Origin: Tepidisphaera sp.
Lineage (GTDB): Bacteria > Planctomycetota > Phycisphaerae > Phycisphaerales > UBA1924
Length of the DNA stretch: 64,000 bases
Reading direction: 5' to 3'
Assembly (NCBI GenBank): GCA_050916045.1
Contig: CP051526.1
Coordinates: forward strand, 1,184,001 to 1,248,000
Shown here: one piece after another, positions 20,892-31,883 of the stretch
Position numbering within the stretch: position 1 is the first letter of the stretch
How the letters are laid out: each line of letters opens with the position of its first letter
The notes under the pieces: generated by a model
Databases searched by the model: none
Told to the model about the DNA's origin: nothing
The model's input: only the letters and a program-made list of their open reading frames with translations
Made by a program: the position numbers and the translations under genes

Positions 20892-21803
20892 GTGATAGAC
20901 CTGCCTGCCATGTATGCCGCCGCGGCCGAAACGGGACTTGTTCGGCGTCTCCTGGAGCTCGCTCGGGACGAGGATCTCGGCGCGGCCGGTGACCTCACGA
21001 GTCAAGCGACGATCCCGGCGGATGCGGTCGGTCGGTACGCCGTCATGCCGCGCAAGCCAGCGGTGCTTTCGGGCCTCGCGGTCATTCCTGACCTGATCCC
21101 GATTTTCGCGCCCGGGGTGCGAGCGACGCTTCACGCCGAAGATGGGCGGCGGGTGGCGGCGATGCGGCCGGTAGCGACACTCGAGGGCCCGGTGCGCGAG
21201 ATTCTTGCGATGGAGCGGACGCTCTTGAACCTTGTCTGCCGGATGAGCGGGATCGCGACGCGGACGGCGACGTTCATCGAAGCGATGGGCCCTCGGAAGG
21301 ACGGCAAGCCGCAGCTTTGCGACACGCGGAAGACGACGCCGGGCCTGCGAGTATTGGAGAAGTACGCGGTGCGGTGCGGGGGCGGTCAGAGTCACCGGAT
21401 GGGGCTTTACGATGCGGTGCTGATCAAGGACAATCACCTGGCGGGGGTGGCCGCGGCGGACTTTCCGGGCGCGGTCGCGGGAGCGATCGCCCGGGTGCGG
21501 GCGAGCGGGGCGACGGCGAAGTTCGTGCAGGTCGAGGTCGATTCGATGGAGCAGTTCCGGGCGATCCTCGCGAAGCCGCCGGAGGGGCTGGGGATGGTGC
21601 TTCTGGACAACATGGATTCGGGAACTTTGGCGGAAGCGGTGCGTCTGAGGGACGCGTCGGGAAGTCGCCTCATTTTGGAGGCTTCGGGCGGGGTTTCGCT
21701 CGAAACGATCCGGGGCATCGCCGACAGTGGGGTGGACCGTGTGAGCGTGGGGAGCCTGACGCACGGAGCGGTTTCGATCGACTTTGGACTGGATGCGTGC
21801 TGA
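20892..21803 (+). CDS. nadC: Quinolinate phosphoribosyltransferase (nicotinate-nucleotide diphosphorylase)
   Basis: ERTLLN, SGIAT, DTRKTTPGLR, HRMGLYDAVLIKDNH, EVD, LLDNM, EASGG; start uncertain (20856-20910). Confidence 0.95.
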   Translation: MIDLPAMYAAAAETGLVRRLLELARDEDLGAAGDLTSQATIPADAVGRYAVMPRKPAVLSGLAVIPDLIPIFAPGVRATLHAEDGRRVAAMRPVATLEGPVREILAMERTLLNLVCRMSGIATRTATFIEAMGPRKDGKPQLCDTRKTTPGLRVLEKYAVRCGGGQSHRMGLYDAVLIKDNHLAGVAAADFPGAVAGAIARVRASGATAKFVQVEVDSMEQFRAILAKPPEGLGMVLLDNMDSGTLAEAVRLRDASGSRLILEASGGVSLETIRGIADSGVDRVSVGSLTHGAVSIDFGLDAC

Positions 21804-22634
21804 ATGACCACGGATGCGACACTTCGAGCATGGGGGCGGTACGTCGCGGCGCTGCCGACGATGTTCCCGTGGATCCGTCATGGCGTGGCGCTCGAACGGT
21901 GTGCTTCGACGCAGGATGAGTGCGAACGGCTGACTCGCGAACTCGCTGCGGGCCATCCGGGCGTGGTGGTGACGGCGATGCATCAGACGGCGGCCCGCGG
22001 GCGGCTTGGCCGGGTGTGGGAGCAGGGTGGGGATGCGGGGCTTGCGGTGACGATCGGGCTGGATGCGGCGCGGTACTCGGCGGCTTTGCTTTCGCTGGCG
22101 GGGGGGATCGCGGCGTGCCAAGCAGTGCGGACGTGGGTGGTGGGGTCGGCGGCGGAGACGGTGGGGATCAAGTGGCCGAACGACGTGGTGGCGCGGAGCC
22201 CGGCGACGGGGGACTTCGTCAAACTCGGCGGCGTGCTGGCGGAGGTGAAGGGCGGGAGCGGCGGGCTCGCTCTGCTTGGGATCGGGATCAACGTCGGGCA
22301 TCGCGAGGAATCGTTCCCGCCGGAGCTTGCGGGGCGAGCGGCTTCGATCGAGATGCTCTCGTCGTCATCGGAGACTGTCTCGCGGCTTGATGTGCTGGGG
22401 ACGCTTCTGACTGAGCTTGATCGGTTGCTCGCGGCGGCGCCGGAAGCGGTGGCGGAGCGATGGAAGCGTCACGATGTTCTGGTGGGGACGCAGCAGACGT
22501 TCGAGACGGGCGGCAAGCGGATGCATGGTCTGGTGCGGCGGATCGAGCCGGCGACGGAGATCGTGGTGGAAGCCGACGGCCGACTCCACAACCTGCCGGC
22601 GGCGACGACGACGCTGGTGAAGGTGGAGCGGTGA
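21804..22634 (+). CDS. birA: Biotin--[acetyl-CoA-carboxylase] ligase without HTH
   Basis: STQD, QTAARGRLGRVW, IKWPND, KLGGVL, GIGINV. Confidence 0.9.
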   Translation: MTTDATLRAWGRYVAALPTMFPWIRHGVALERCASTQDECERLTRELAAGHPGVVVTAMHQTAARGRLGRVWEQGGDAGLAVTIGLDAARYSAALLSLAGGIAACQAVRTWVVGSAAETVGIKWPNDVVARSPATGDFVKLGGVLAEVKGGSGGLALLGIGINVGHREESFPPELAGRAASIEMLSSSSETVSRLDVLGTLLTELDRLLAAAPEAVAERWKRHDVLVGTQQTFETGGKRMHGLVRRIEPATEIVVEADGRLHNLPAATTTLVKVER

Positions 22635-22719
22635 GAGAATGTTGTGCGAAGTTGATGAGTTTGAGGTGTGGTGGGTCGTGACGCGGTGGAGGAAGCCGCG
22701 CGCTTGAGCGAGAGGGATT

Positions 22720-23229
22720 TCAGTAAGGCTGGCCAGATGTCTTCATCTGGAGCGAGAGCCACTGGACGAAGTGCTCGGCGGTTCTCCCGCCCTTGACTCC
22801 CCCTCGCTGGTACGTGAAATGCACGATCGGGTACTTTCCGGGTGGCGCGTCCTTCGTGTCGAACGCGTCATAGCCGCCGTCCCCTCCGCACTTCCGGAGA
22901 ATGACGAAACGCGAGGAGAGGCCGTCCTTTCGCCGTGACAGTGTCGCGTCGACGATGTCGTGGGCGACTGGGTGCCAGTGGCCGTTGGGTGCGATGCGGA
23001 GCACTTGGAACGGGAGCGAAAGATCGTGGGTGAGGTGCAAGAAGCGGAGGTAGTCGGTCGGAAGCTTCACACCCAGTGCTTGTTCCGCGGCTTGAGTTTG
23101 AATCTCGGTGGGAGGGGCGTAGATGCGATCGCGGGGGAACCTTCCCTGCAACTCCGCGCACAGGTGCTCGATCGTCAGGATGCCGCTCGACTTGGGTGTC
23201 GGCTGCGTAGCGGGGCTGTCATCTGGCAT
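22720..23229 (-). CDS. SMI1/KNR4 (SUKH) family protein
   Basis: AAEQALGVKLPTDYLRFL; GGDGGYDAFD, YPIVHF; FVQWL end. Confidence 0.75.
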   Translation of the reverse strand: MPDDSPATQPTPKSSGILTIEHLCAELQGRFPRDRIYAPPTEIQTQAAEQALGVKLPTDYLRFLHLTHDLSLPFQVLRIAPNGHWHPVAHDIVDATLSRRKDGLSSRFVILRKCGGDGGYDAFDTKDAPPGKYPIVHFTYQRGGVKGGRTAEHFVQWLSLQMKTSGQPY

Positions 23230-23356
23230 TCGCAGAGCCTTTCCGGATGGTGGACGGAGGGCGGAGGCCGGCGCGGAGGGTGCGAAGATGTCGAGTTCGT
23301 CGTCTGCCGGGGAGGTGGGGTGAGGAGAAACCGCGTCGTGACAGTCGGGGCTCTTT

Positions 23357-25381
23357 TCACCCCTGCCGGTTGAAGTATTCCATCTCGAGCGGTTCAAGCT
23401 CGTCGGCGAGCTTTTTGCGGTCGGCGCCGAGCTTGTTCATCTTGGCGTTGTCGTGCCAGTGGTCGCCGGAGTTGAGTTCCTTGTCGATCTTGGCGATCTG
23501 GGCTTCGATCTCGGCGATGCGTTTCTCGATCTGGTCGGTTTTCATCTTGCCGATCTTGTCGGCGAGTTTGGCGAGGTCGGGGTTGGCTTTGGCCCGTTGG
23601 GCGGCGCGTTCCTTCTCGGCTTGTTTCTTCTCTTCCTCGGCTTTGCGGGCGCGGGAAGCGTCGCGGTCGCGGCGTTCCTTTTCGGCTGCGGCTTCCTTGG
23701 CTTCGGCGGATTTTTCGGCGTCGTCCTTTTCCTTCCACTCGGTGTAGCCGCCGTGGAAGACCTTGGCGTTTCCCTGGCCGTCGAGGATGATCATGTGGTC
23801 GCAGGTGGAGTCGAGCAGGGCTCGATCGTGCGAGATGAGGATCATCGAGCCGTTGTACCCGTCGCGCTCGGTCTCGCCGGGCGTGAGGGCCATTTCGAGG
23901 CGTTCGGCCGAGGGGATGTCGAGGTGGTTCGTCGGTTCGTCGAGGACGAGGAGGTTTTTGGCGGAGGCGAGCAGGCCGGCGAGGACGGCGCGGGCGCGCT
24001 CACCGCCGGAGAGGGAGCCCATCTCGCGGTCCTGGTCGCTGCCGGAGATGAGGAAAGCGCCGGCGAGGTCGCGGGCTTCCTGCTCGCTGTACTGGACGCC
24101 GACGACTTCCTTTTTGATGATGTCCTGGATGTAGCGGTAGACCTGTTTGGCGCCGTCGATGTGCTCGTGGGTCTGCTTGAAGTGCCCGACGGTGACGCGG
24201 GAGCCGATCTGGACCTTTCCTTCGTCAGGGGCGATCTCTCCGAGGAGGACGCGGACGAGGGTGGTCTTTCCGGCGCCGTTGGGTCCGAGGATTCCCCAGC
24301 GTTCGCCGCGGGAGATCTGGAGGTCGAGGTTCTTGAAGAGGGTCTTCATGGACCCGTCCTCGGCTTTGTACTGCTTGGAGATGCCGCGGGCGCTGATGAC
24401 GATGTCGCCGGAGCGTTCGGCGCGGGGGAGGTTGAGCTTGAACGCTTCCATCTCGACGGGGCGTTCGAGGGAGGTCTGTTCGATGGCGCGGGTGAGCTTG
24501 GACTGGCGGCCGCGGGCCTGGCGGGCGCGCTGGCCGGCTTTGTACTTGAGAATGAAGGCTTTTTCCTTGCGGAAGGTGTCCTGCTGGTTCTCGAATGCCC
24601 GGAGCTGGGTGAGGCGGCGCTGGGAGCGGATCTCGCGGAAGTCGGCGTAGTTGCCGGGATATTCGATCAGGCGGCCGCGCTCGATCTCGACGATGGAGTC
24701 GACGACGTTGTCGAGGAGGTAGCGGTCGTGCGAGATGATGAGCACCGCGCCCTTGAACTCGTCGACGAGGTAGTGCTCAAGCCAGAGGCGGCCCTCGATG
24801 TCGAGGTGGTTGGTGGGTTCGTCCAGGAGCAGCACGTCGGGGGCTTGGAGGAGGAGCTTGGCGAGAGCGACGCGGCCTTTCTGCCCGCCGGAGAGGCCGC
24901 GGACGGGGATGGAGAATTGAGCGTCGGTGAAGCCCAAGCCGTGGAGGACCTCGTCGATCTTGTGGTCGACGGCGTATCCGCCGGCTTGCTCCATCTCGGC
25001 TTCGAGCGTCGACTGCTTTTTCATGAGCTTGTCGAGTTCATCGCCCTGAGCGGTTTCCATTTTGTGGAAGACATCGTCAAGCTGCTTGTGGAGGTCGTGG
25101 AGCTTTTCGAAAGCGGCTTCGGCGGCGCCGCGGAGGGTGTCCTCGGGGTCGAGCTTGTGGTCCTGGTGGAGGTATCCGGCGGTCATGCCGCGCTGGAGGG
25201 AGACCTCGCCGTCGTCGGGCTTGATGAGGCCGGCGAGGATTTTGAGGAAGGTGGACTTTCCGCAGCCGTTTCGACCGACGATGCCGATGCGTTCGCCGGG
25301 TTCGAGGTTGAGGGAGACGCCGTCGAGAATCTGTCGGTGTCCGTAGGTGTGAGCGATGTTGGTGGACGAGATCAGGGGCAT
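23357..25381 (-). CDS. ABC-F family ATP-binding protein
   Basis: Two NBDs (GRNGCGKS, LSGGQ, DEPTNHLD; GPNGAGKT, LSGGE, DEPTNHLD), no TM, C-terminal coiled coil. Confidence 0.93.
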   Translation of the reverse strand: MPLISSTNIAHTYGHRQILDGVSLNLEPGERIGIVGRNGCGKSTFLKILAGLIKPDDGEVSLQRGMTAGYLHQDHKLDPEDTLRGAAEAAFEKLHDLHKQLDDVFHKMETAQGDELDKLMKKQSTLEAEMEQAGGYAVDHKIDEVLHGLGFTDAQFSIPVRGLSGGQKGRVALAKLLLQAPDVLLLDEPTNHLDIEGRLWLEHYLVDEFKGAVLIISHDRYLLDNVVDSIVEIERGRLIEYPGNYADFREIRSQRRLTQLRAFENQQDTFRKEKAFILKYKAGQRARQARGRQSKLTRAIEQTSLERPVEMEAFKLNLPRAERSGDIVISARGISKQYKAEDGSMKTLFKNLDLQISRGERWGILGPNGAGKTTLVRVLLGEIAPDEGKVQIGSRVTVGHFKQTHEHIDGAKQVYRYIQDIIKKEVVGVQYSEQEARDLAGAFLISGSDQDREMGSLSGGERARAVLAGLLASAKNLLVLDEPTNHLDIPSAERLEMALTPGETERDGYNGSMILISHDRALLDSTCDHMIILDGQGNAKVFHGGYTEWKEKDDAEKSAEAKEAAAEKERRDRDASRARKAEEEKKQAEKERAAQRAKANPDLAKLADKIGKMKTDQIEKRIAEIEAQIAKIDKELNSGDHWHDNAKMNKLGADRKKLADELEPLEMEYFNRQG

Positions 25382-25529
25382 TGCGGTTCCGGTTGGTTCG
25401 ATGTCCGTGAGGGATCCGGATAGTAGGGAAGGGAGGGGGTGGGTTACAGCGAGAATTGGAGGTCGGATCGTGCAACCGAACAACCGCCGTCGGGCTACAT
25501 TGGCGGGCGGGCGGGGTTCTTAAGGAGCG

Positions 25530-26915
25530 GTGATGCGAAGCACGCGAGGCGGTCGGGGTGGTGTCTGGCGGTGGGTCGGTTCGGGTATGGTGGTGGCGGC
25601 TTCGATGCTGGCGGGGTGTTCCGGGGGCCCGGCACCGGTGGAGCGGACGCCGCTCACGGTCGAGCAACGGAATCTGAACGTGGAGTCGTTCGACCAGGTC
25701 TGGACGACGATCCGCGATGAGCACTTTGACCCGACCTTGGGCGGGCTGGACTGGAACGCGGTGAAAGCGGAGCTTCGCCCGAAGGTTGAGACGGCCGGAT
25801 CGATGGAGGCGGCACGTGAGGCGATGTCGGCGATGATCGCCAGGCTCGGGCAGTCGCACTTTGGCATCATTCCCGCCGCGGCGTATGACGAGGTGGAGGG
25901 GGACAAGCCTGCCGACAAGAAGGATGACAAGACGTTGGCCGGCGACGGCGCCTCGGGCGTCCACTTCCGCGCCGTCAACGATCAGGCGGTTGTGCTTCGC
26001 GTGGACTCCGGGTCGGCGGCGGAGAGGGCGGGCGTGAAGCCCGGCTGGATCCTCGACGGTGCCGAGCGGACGCTCACGGCGATCAAGAAGGCGTATGGCG
26101 ACACCGTCAAGGGCAGGACGATGGCCGCGCGGGCTCTGGATAACAGGCTGAGCGGGGGCGTGGGCGAGGTGATTAACCCGACGTTCATCGACGATAAGGA
26201 CCGCAAGGTGACCTTGCCCATCACACTGGGTGCGCCCGCGGGCAAGCCGACGACGCTTGGCAATCTGCCCACGATGTACGTGACCTTCGACTCGCGGCGG
26301 ATCGCGGACACGAGCGCCGCCGGCCGCGATGTGGGGTACTTCACCTTTTCTGCGTTCCTCGACCCGGCCCGGATCATGCCGAAGATCGTCGAAGCGGTCG
26401 CGTCTTTCGGCGACTGCGCCGGGATCGTGATCGATCTTCGCGGGAATCCCGGCGGCATTGGCGCGATGGCGACCGGCGTCGCGGGGCGGTTCATCGGCGA
26501 GCAGGTCACGCTGGGCGAGATGAACATGCGTGATTCGAACTTCAAGTTCATCGTTTTCCCGCAGGCCCGGCGTTTTGAGGGGCCGGTCGCGATCATCGTC
26601 GATGAGACCTCGGCTTCCACGTCCGAGATTTTCGCGGGCGGGATGAAGGATCTGGGCCGCGCTCGTGTCTTCGGGACGCCGTCGGCTGGGCAGGCGCTTC
26701 CCTCGACGATCGTGCGCCTTCCCAACGGCGACGGGTTTCAGTACGCGTTCGCGAACTACGTTTCGGCGGGCGGGAAAGCTCTTGAGGGCGACGGCGTGAC
26801 GCCCGACACGATCGCGCCGCCGGAGCGGTCGCGGCTCCTGGCCGGCGGCGATCCCGCTCTGGACGCGGCGGTCGCTTGGATCCGCGAGCAACAGGCCAAG
26901 GTTTCCCTGCAATAA
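25530..26915 (+). CDS. S41-family peptidase lipoprotein with PDZ-like insert
   Basis: LAGC lipobox; IDLRGNPGG; SASTSEIFA; LEGDGVTPD. Confidence 0.88.
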   Translation: MMRSTRGGRGGVWRWVGSGMVVAASMLAGCSGGPAPVERTPLTVEQRNLNVESFDQVWTTIRDEHFDPTLGGLDWNAVKAELRPKVETAGSMEAAREAMSAMIARLGQSHFGIIPAAAYDEVEGDKPADKKDDKTLAGDGASGVHFRAVNDQAVVLRVDSGSAAERAGVKPGWILDGAERTLTAIKKAYGDTVKGRTMAARALDNRLSGGVGEVINPTFIDDKDRKVTLPITLGAPAGKPTTLGNLPTMYVTFDSRRIADTSAAGRDVGYFTFSAFLDPARIMPKIVEAVASFGDCAGIVIDLRGNPGGIGAMATGVAGRFIGEQVTLGEMNMRDSNFKFIVFPQARRFEGPVAIIVDETSASTSEIFAGGMKDLGRARVFGTPSAGQALPSTIVRLPNGDGFQYAFANYVSAGGKALEGDGVTPDTIAPPERSRLLAGGDPALDAAVAWIREQQAKVSLQ

Positions 26916-26985
26916 TCGATCGGTTCTGCGTGAACGCCAAGAAGGGCGTTCTGATTCGGCACACCCTCCAGAAGGAGCTCTTTGA

Positions 26986-27942
26986 ATGTCCTCCACCCGC
27001 TTGTTCGTCCGTTCGACCTTTGCTCTGATGTTCGTCGCCGGTGCGGCGCTCGCCCAGAACGCGGCACCGCCCGCGCAGCCGGCCAAGCCCGCGACGCCTG
27101 CCGCTCCGGCGCAGCCCGCGACCCCGGCCACGCCCGCGACGCCGAAATCGGATGAGAAACTCCCCTCCGGCAAAGACGTGCTCGCCAAGTACGTGGAAGC
27201 CACCGGCGGCCGGGCCGCGTACGAAAAGATCAAGACCCGCGTGAGCGAGGGTTCCTTCGAGATGAAGCCGATGGGCGTGATGGGCACGATGAAGCTCGTC
27301 CAGCAGGCTCCCGCGATGATGTCCCTCACGCTCGACATCGAGAGCATCGGCGCGATCGTCCAAGGCAACAACGGAACGCACGCTTGGATGTCCAACCCGA
27401 TCCAGGGCACCCGCCTCCTCGACGGCGATGAGCTCGAGGAAAGCAACCGCCAGGCCCAGCTCGCGGCCGAGCTCAACCCTGACATCGTGTACAAGAGCGT
27501 CGAGTGCGTCGGCGTTGAGAAGGTCGGCGAGATCGAGTGCTACAAGGTCGAGCTCGTGACCAAGGGCGACTCCAAGCGCTCCGCCTTCTACGGCAAGCAG
27601 GACGGCTTGCTCCACCGTCTCGACATGACCGTCAAGTCGCCCGCGGGCGAAGCCAAAGCGTCCAACCTCCTCGAGGATTATCGCGACATCGACGGCGTCA
27701 AGGTGCCCTTCAAGGTCACGATGGCGGTCAGCGCCGGCGTCAAGATCGAGCAGGTCATGACCTTCAGCAAGATCTCCCACAACGCCGAGGTCCCCGCCGA
27801 CTCCTTCACCCCGCCCAAGGAAGTTCAGGAGCTCATCGACGCCAAGAAGAAGGCCGCCGAGAAGCCCGCTGAGCCCAAGAAGTCCGAGGACAAGAAGCCG
27901 GAAGAGAAGAAGGTCGAACCCAAGGCCGAACCCAAGAAGTAA
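26986..27942 (+). CDS. Secreted hypothetical protein (LolA-like/lipoprotein-sorting-type fold possible)
   Basis: AGGAG RBS; signal peptide; KYVEATGG, DYRDIDGVKVPF, ADSFTPP; PA- and KE-rich tails. Confidence 0.65.
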   Translation: MSSTRLFVRSTFALMFVAGAALAQNAAPPAQPAKPATPAAPAQPATPATPATPKSDEKLPSGKDVLAKYVEATGGRAAYEKIKTRVSEGSFEMKPMGVMGTMKLVQQAPAMMSLTLDIESIGAIVQGNNGTHAWMSNPIQGTRLLDGDELEESNRQAQLAAELNPDIVYKSVECVGVEKVGEIECYKVELVTKGDSKRSAFYGKQDGLLHRLDMTVKSPAGEAKASNLLEDYRDIDGVKVPFKVTMAVSAGVKIEQVMTFSKISHNAEVPADSFTPPKEVQELIDAKKKAAEKPAEPKKSEDKKPEEKKVEPKAEPKK

Positions 27943-27960
27943 ACCTCTGTTCACTTGAGC

Positions 27961-27991
27961 AAGCCGCGCCGAGCCATCGGCGCGGTTTTTT
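27961..27991 (+). terminator. Intrinsic terminator
   Basis: CCGCGCCGA-GCCA-TCGGCGCGG followed by T run. Confidence 0.75.
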
Positions 27992-29877
27992 CATGGGCCC
28001 GCTTTCGCGTCCCGCTTCAGCGACTCGGTGATCGAGATCTCCTGAAGCCGCATGCTGCCGCGGTCCAGCAACTCCTTGAGCTTCTGCATCGCGTTGGGAT
28101 CGACGCTCGTCCAGTCCCTTTCCGCTCGCTCGACCATCGCTCGCAGGTCGGTGATCATCGTCTCGAGGGCGGTGCGATCGGCGACGTCGAGGCGATCGCC
28201 GAACTTGTCGAAGCGGTCCTTGATCCAGCGCAGGTCCAGCTTGGCGTTGACGATGAGATCGACCACGCGGTGCCGTTTCATGTCCTCGCGTGCGTGGGAG
28301 AAGCTCTCGCGTTCGATGCGGTCGACCTCTTCGCGGGTCAGGCCGTGGTTGGGCACGACCTGAAGCTGGGCACGCCGCCCGCTCCGCCGCTCTTGGGCCG
28401 ACACCTGAAGCACTCCGGACGCGTCGACGAGGAACTCGACCTCGACCTGCGGCAAGCCGGCGGGCATCGGCGGCAACCCGCGGAGGTGGAACGTGCCCAG
28501 GCTGCGGCAGTTCTCGACCATCTCGCGTTCACCCTGCACGATGTGAAGCTTGATCGCGGTCTGGTTGTCCACCTGCGTGCTGAACATCTCGCGGGCCCGC
28601 GTGGGGACGGTCGAGTTCCGCATCACGATCTTCGCGACGGCTCCGCCCGCCGTCTCGATGCCCAGCGAAAGCGGGATGACATCCAGAAGCAGAGCACCGG
28701 AAGCCGCGCCGGAAAGAACGCCCGCTTGCACCGCCGCACCGAGCGCAACCGCACGGTCCGGATCGATCGCGGTGTACGGCTCGATGCCGAAGCACGCCGC
28801 GACCGCGCGTCGGACCGCCGGGATGCGGGTTGAGCCGCCCACGAGCACCACCGCGTCCACCGAAGCGACCTTCGCGTCCGCGAGCGCCCGGCGACAGGAA
28901 GCGATCGTGCGGTCAATAAGCGGGGCGATCAACGCTTCGAGCTCTGCCCTCGTCACGACCCGCGTGTATGCGCCGGACCCGGCCGGGAGCGACGCTTGCG
29001 TCTGGTCGACCTCGGACAGAGCGACCTTGACGCGCTCGGCTTCGGTTTGCAGGGCCCGCTTGCGGTCCGCGTCGGGGGACGGCTCTCCGCGAGCGGCGAG
29101 GTCCTTCGCGAAAAGCTCGACGATCAGATGGTCGACATCGTCGCCACCCAGGTGCGTGTCGCCGGCGGTCGAAAGTACCTGAAAGAACGCGGTCTCGCCA
29201 GTTTGCTCGCTCGGCGTCAGCCGAAGGATCGACACATCGAACGTCCCGCCGCCAAAGTCGTACACCGCAACGGTCCGCGTCGATGAGCCGGGCGGAAGCG
29301 TGCCCAAGCCGTACGCGAGAGCCGCGGCCGTGGGCTCATTCACGATGCGCACGACATCGAGCCCCGCGAGCCGGCCCGCGTCGCGCGTCGCTTGTCGCTG
29401 AGCGTCGTCGAAGTACGCCGGAACGGTCACCACGGCTTTGCCGATGGGGAATCCAAGAGCACGCTCGGCGGTCGCTTTCAGCGTGCGGAGGATGATCGCG
29501 GAGACCTCCTGCGGCGTGACGGTCCCGTTCGCGGTCTGCACACGAGCGGTGTTGTTGGGCCCGTCGACGACGGTGTAGCCGAGGAAGGGGAGGTCGGCCG
29601 CCGCGTCGGCTTTGGACCGGCCCATCAGCCGCTTGACGCTGGCGATGGTGGTCGACCCGGGCGAGCCTCCGAGCTTGGCGTCGTGACCGACGACGGGGTC
29701 GCCTTCGCCAAACCGCACGACGCTCGGAAGCATCGACCTGCCCTGAGCATCATCAAGCACACGCGGGCCGGAAGCGTCGTACCACGCGACGAGGCTGTTG
29801 GTCGTGCCGAGATCGATCCCGACGATCGGCTCGCGGGCTTGGGGTGCGGAAGCGGGATTCGCGGACGGGCTGGACAT
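27991..29877 (-). CDS. Hsp70-family chaperone (HscA-like)
   Basis: [59 protein letters not shown]. Confidence 0.9.
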   Translation of the reverse strand: MSSPSANPASAPQAREPIVGIDLGTTNSLVAWYDASGPRVLDDAQGRSMLPSVVRFGEGDPVVGHDAKLGGSPGSTTIASVKRLMGRSKADAAADLPFLGYTVVDGPNNTARVQTANGTVTPQEVSAIILRTLKATAERALGFPIGKAVVTVPAYFDDAQRQATRDAGRLAGLDVVRIVNEPTAAALAYGLGTLPPGSSTRTVAVYDFGGGTFDVSILRLTPSEQTGETAFFQVLSTAGDTHLGGDDVDHLIVELFAKDLAARGEPSPDADRKRALQTEAERVKVALSEVDQTQASLPAGSGAYTRVVTRAELEALIAPLIDRTIASCRRALADAKVASVDAVVLVGGSTRIPAVRRAVAACFGIEPYTAIDPDRAVALGAAVQAGVLSGAASGALLLDVIPLSLGIETAGGAVAKIVMRNSTVPTRAREMFSTQVDNQTAIKLHIVQGEREMVENCRSLGTFHLRGLPPMPAGLPQVEVEFLVDASGVLQVSAQERRSGRRAQLQVVPNHGLTREEVDRIERESFSHAREDMKRHRVVDLIVNAKLDLRWIKDRFDKFGDRLDVADRTALETMITDLRAMVERAERDWTSVDPNAMQKLKELLDRGSMRLQEISITESLKRDAKAGP

Positions 29878-29921
29878 CTGACACGAGCGTAGCGGGCGGG
29901 TTTCGGGGCTTCCCGACTGCC

Positions 29922-30722
29922 TTAAGCCCGGGGACCGATGATCCCGATCATCCGCCCGGTGACCCCGGCATCGCGGCGGTGCGAGAAGAAGAGATCCTTC
30001 TGCCCGACGGTGCAGCCGGGGTCGATGTCGAAGCGGGAAATGCCACCTTGGCGAAGCTGCTCGGCGAGTGCGGCTTTGATGTCGACATGCCACTTCCCGG
30101 GAGCGGCACCGGCCTTGATCAGGCTTGACGCGGCGGGGCCAAACGCGATCCGGAACTCCTCCGCGACCTCCGCACCCACCTCGAAAGCGTCAAAGGAGAT
30201 GCACGGGCCGATCGCCGCGGCGATCTCGACGCCCGACAGGCTTCGCATCGCTCGTACCGCCGCGGGAAGCACGCCCGCGACCACGCCGCGCCACCCCGCG
30301 TGCACCGCGCCGACGACGCGGCCGTCGATCGTCGACAGAAGCACGGGGCAGCAGTCCGCGACGCGGACCGCGATGAGCGTCGTGGGGTCATCGGTCACGA
30401 TCGCGTCCGCTTTCACATCACCCCAGACGATCCGCCCCGACCCGGAAGCGTCAGCGCCCGATCCGCTTGCGTGCACGTGCACCGCCGCTCCGTGCACCTG
30501 ATGCACCTGGATGATCCGACGCTCCGAGCAGCCCAGAGCCTCCGCGACGCGGGCGAAATTGGCTTCGATGTTGGCTTTGGGGTCTCGGGCGACGCCGGGC
30601 GGAAGCTCACCGGGGTTGCCGAAGTTGAGGGAGTCGAAGGGAGCGAGCGAAACGCCGCCGACACGCGTCGAGAAGGCGTGGGGAGCGAGGACGGCGTCGA
30701 GCATCTCCGATCGGACCAGCAT
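29922..30722 (-). CDS. pgeF: Peptidoglycan editing factor / YfiH family
   Basis: [38 protein letters not shown]. Confidence 0.92.
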   Translation of the reverse strand: MLVRSEMLDAVLAPHAFSTRVGGVSLAPFDSLNFGNPGELPPGVARDPKANIEANFARVAEALGCSERRIIQVHQVHGAAVHVHASGSGADASGSGRIVWGDVKADAIVTDDPTTLIAVRVADCCPVLLSTIDGRVVGAVHAGWRGVVAGVLPAAVRAMRSLSGVEIAAAIGPCISFDAFEVGAEVAEEFRIAFGPAASSLIKAGAAPGKWHVDIKAALAEQLRQGGISRFDIDPGCTVGQKDLFFSHRRDAGVTGRMIGIIGPRA

Positions 30723-30758
30723 GGCCGAGGATAGGGACCCGGCTACCGAGCAGGTTCG

Positions 30759-31883
30759 TCACGCCGGCGGATTGGTCTTGCTGGGCGAGGTCCCCAGCGC
30801 CGCATCAACGAGTGCTTGGATTTGCGAGAGCACCTCCCCGCTCGCTCCGGCGGATTTCGCGGTCGCCAAGAGCTGCGCGAGGTCTCTCCCGTGCTGCATG
30901 TTCGACTGGATCTGGGCCGTACGCAATTCAGCTTCCAGAGCTTGGCGCTCGGCTTTCACCACATGTTCTGCTCTGCCGAGCACCAGGGTCCTGAGCGTTT
31001 CGGTCAGCCGGATCATGATGTCGTTGACGGCCTCGATCGCAAAGCCGCCGATGATGGCGCAGAGGGTCGGTGTGAACCGCGATCCGGATTGCTCGGTCAC
31101 CAGATTCTCGATCACGATCGCGAGGAGAAGCCCCGCGAGAGATCCGAGGGCGAGTCGCATGTAGTAAGTGGTTCGCAAGAGAGGATCAAACGAACCGTCG
31201 ATCAGATAGGTGCGGATCAGATACAGGTTGTAGAAGGAGGCGCCGACCGCGCCGGCGCCGACGATGGAAAGCACCGCAGGAAGGGTCGCAAGAACACTCG
31301 TCGAACCAGCGGCCGCCGCTTCCGCCGCCTTTGCCGCCACATCCGCCGCAGTCGCCGATGCCTTCGCGGCCGGTGCCGCACCAGCGAAGAGTCCGGAGAT
31401 GAACTGCCAGATGTACGGAGCCGCGAGAAGCACCACGGAAAGACCGGCGAGCCAGTAGTTGATCGCGAGGAATCGCCTCCGGGCGCTTCTCGAAGGTTCC
31501 GCTTCCGAAACCGAGAAGGGAATGGAACTCGGTGTGGCCGGTTTGACCAGATCACAGAGCATGCCGTGGGCTTTGAGCGCCTGCTGAACAGCGCTCGTGC
31601 GGCGCAGCCGGAATCCGTCCCGGACAAGCGGATCCGAGGCATCCGTTATCTGCTTTCGTGCTCGACGGAAGTCCTCGATGGCGACCTCCGCATCGGCGAC
31701 CGCGCTCGCAACGTCCGGCGCGAACTTCCGCCCTCGCTCGGTCGCGAAAATCTTCATGATGCTGATGTGCGAAAGCCAGATCGTGAGCTGGCGGTCGATC
31801 GTCGTCGCGTCGTCGTTTGTCGTCGACTGAACGCTCGGTGTTGCGGAATTGACGTTCTGAAGCGATTGGATCTGTTCGGACAT
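30759..31883 (-). CDS. Hypothetical membrane protein (~4 TM), atypical composition
   Basis: Helical N-domain; GAVGA...SFDP...YYMRLALG TM module; more A/T-ending codons than neighbours; ORF opens at 32003. Confidence 0.7.
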   Translation of the reverse strand: MSEQIQSLQNVNSATPSVQSTTNDDATTIDRQLTIWLSHISIMKIFATERGRKFAPDVASAVADAEVAIEDFRRARKQITDASDPLVRDGFRLRRTSAVQQALKAHGMLCDLVKPATPSSIPFSVSEAEPSRSARRRFLAINYWLAGLSVVLLAAPYIWQFISGLFAGAAPAAKASATAADVAAKAAEAAAAGSTSVLATLPAVLSIVGAGAVGASFYNLYLIRTYLIDGSFDPLLRTTYYMRLALGSLAGLLLAIVIENLVTEQSGSRFTPTLCAIIGGFAIEAVNDIMIRLTETLRTLVLGRAEHVVKAERQALEAELRTAQIQSNMQHGRDLAQLLATAKSAGASGEVLSQIQALVDAALGTSPSKTNPPA

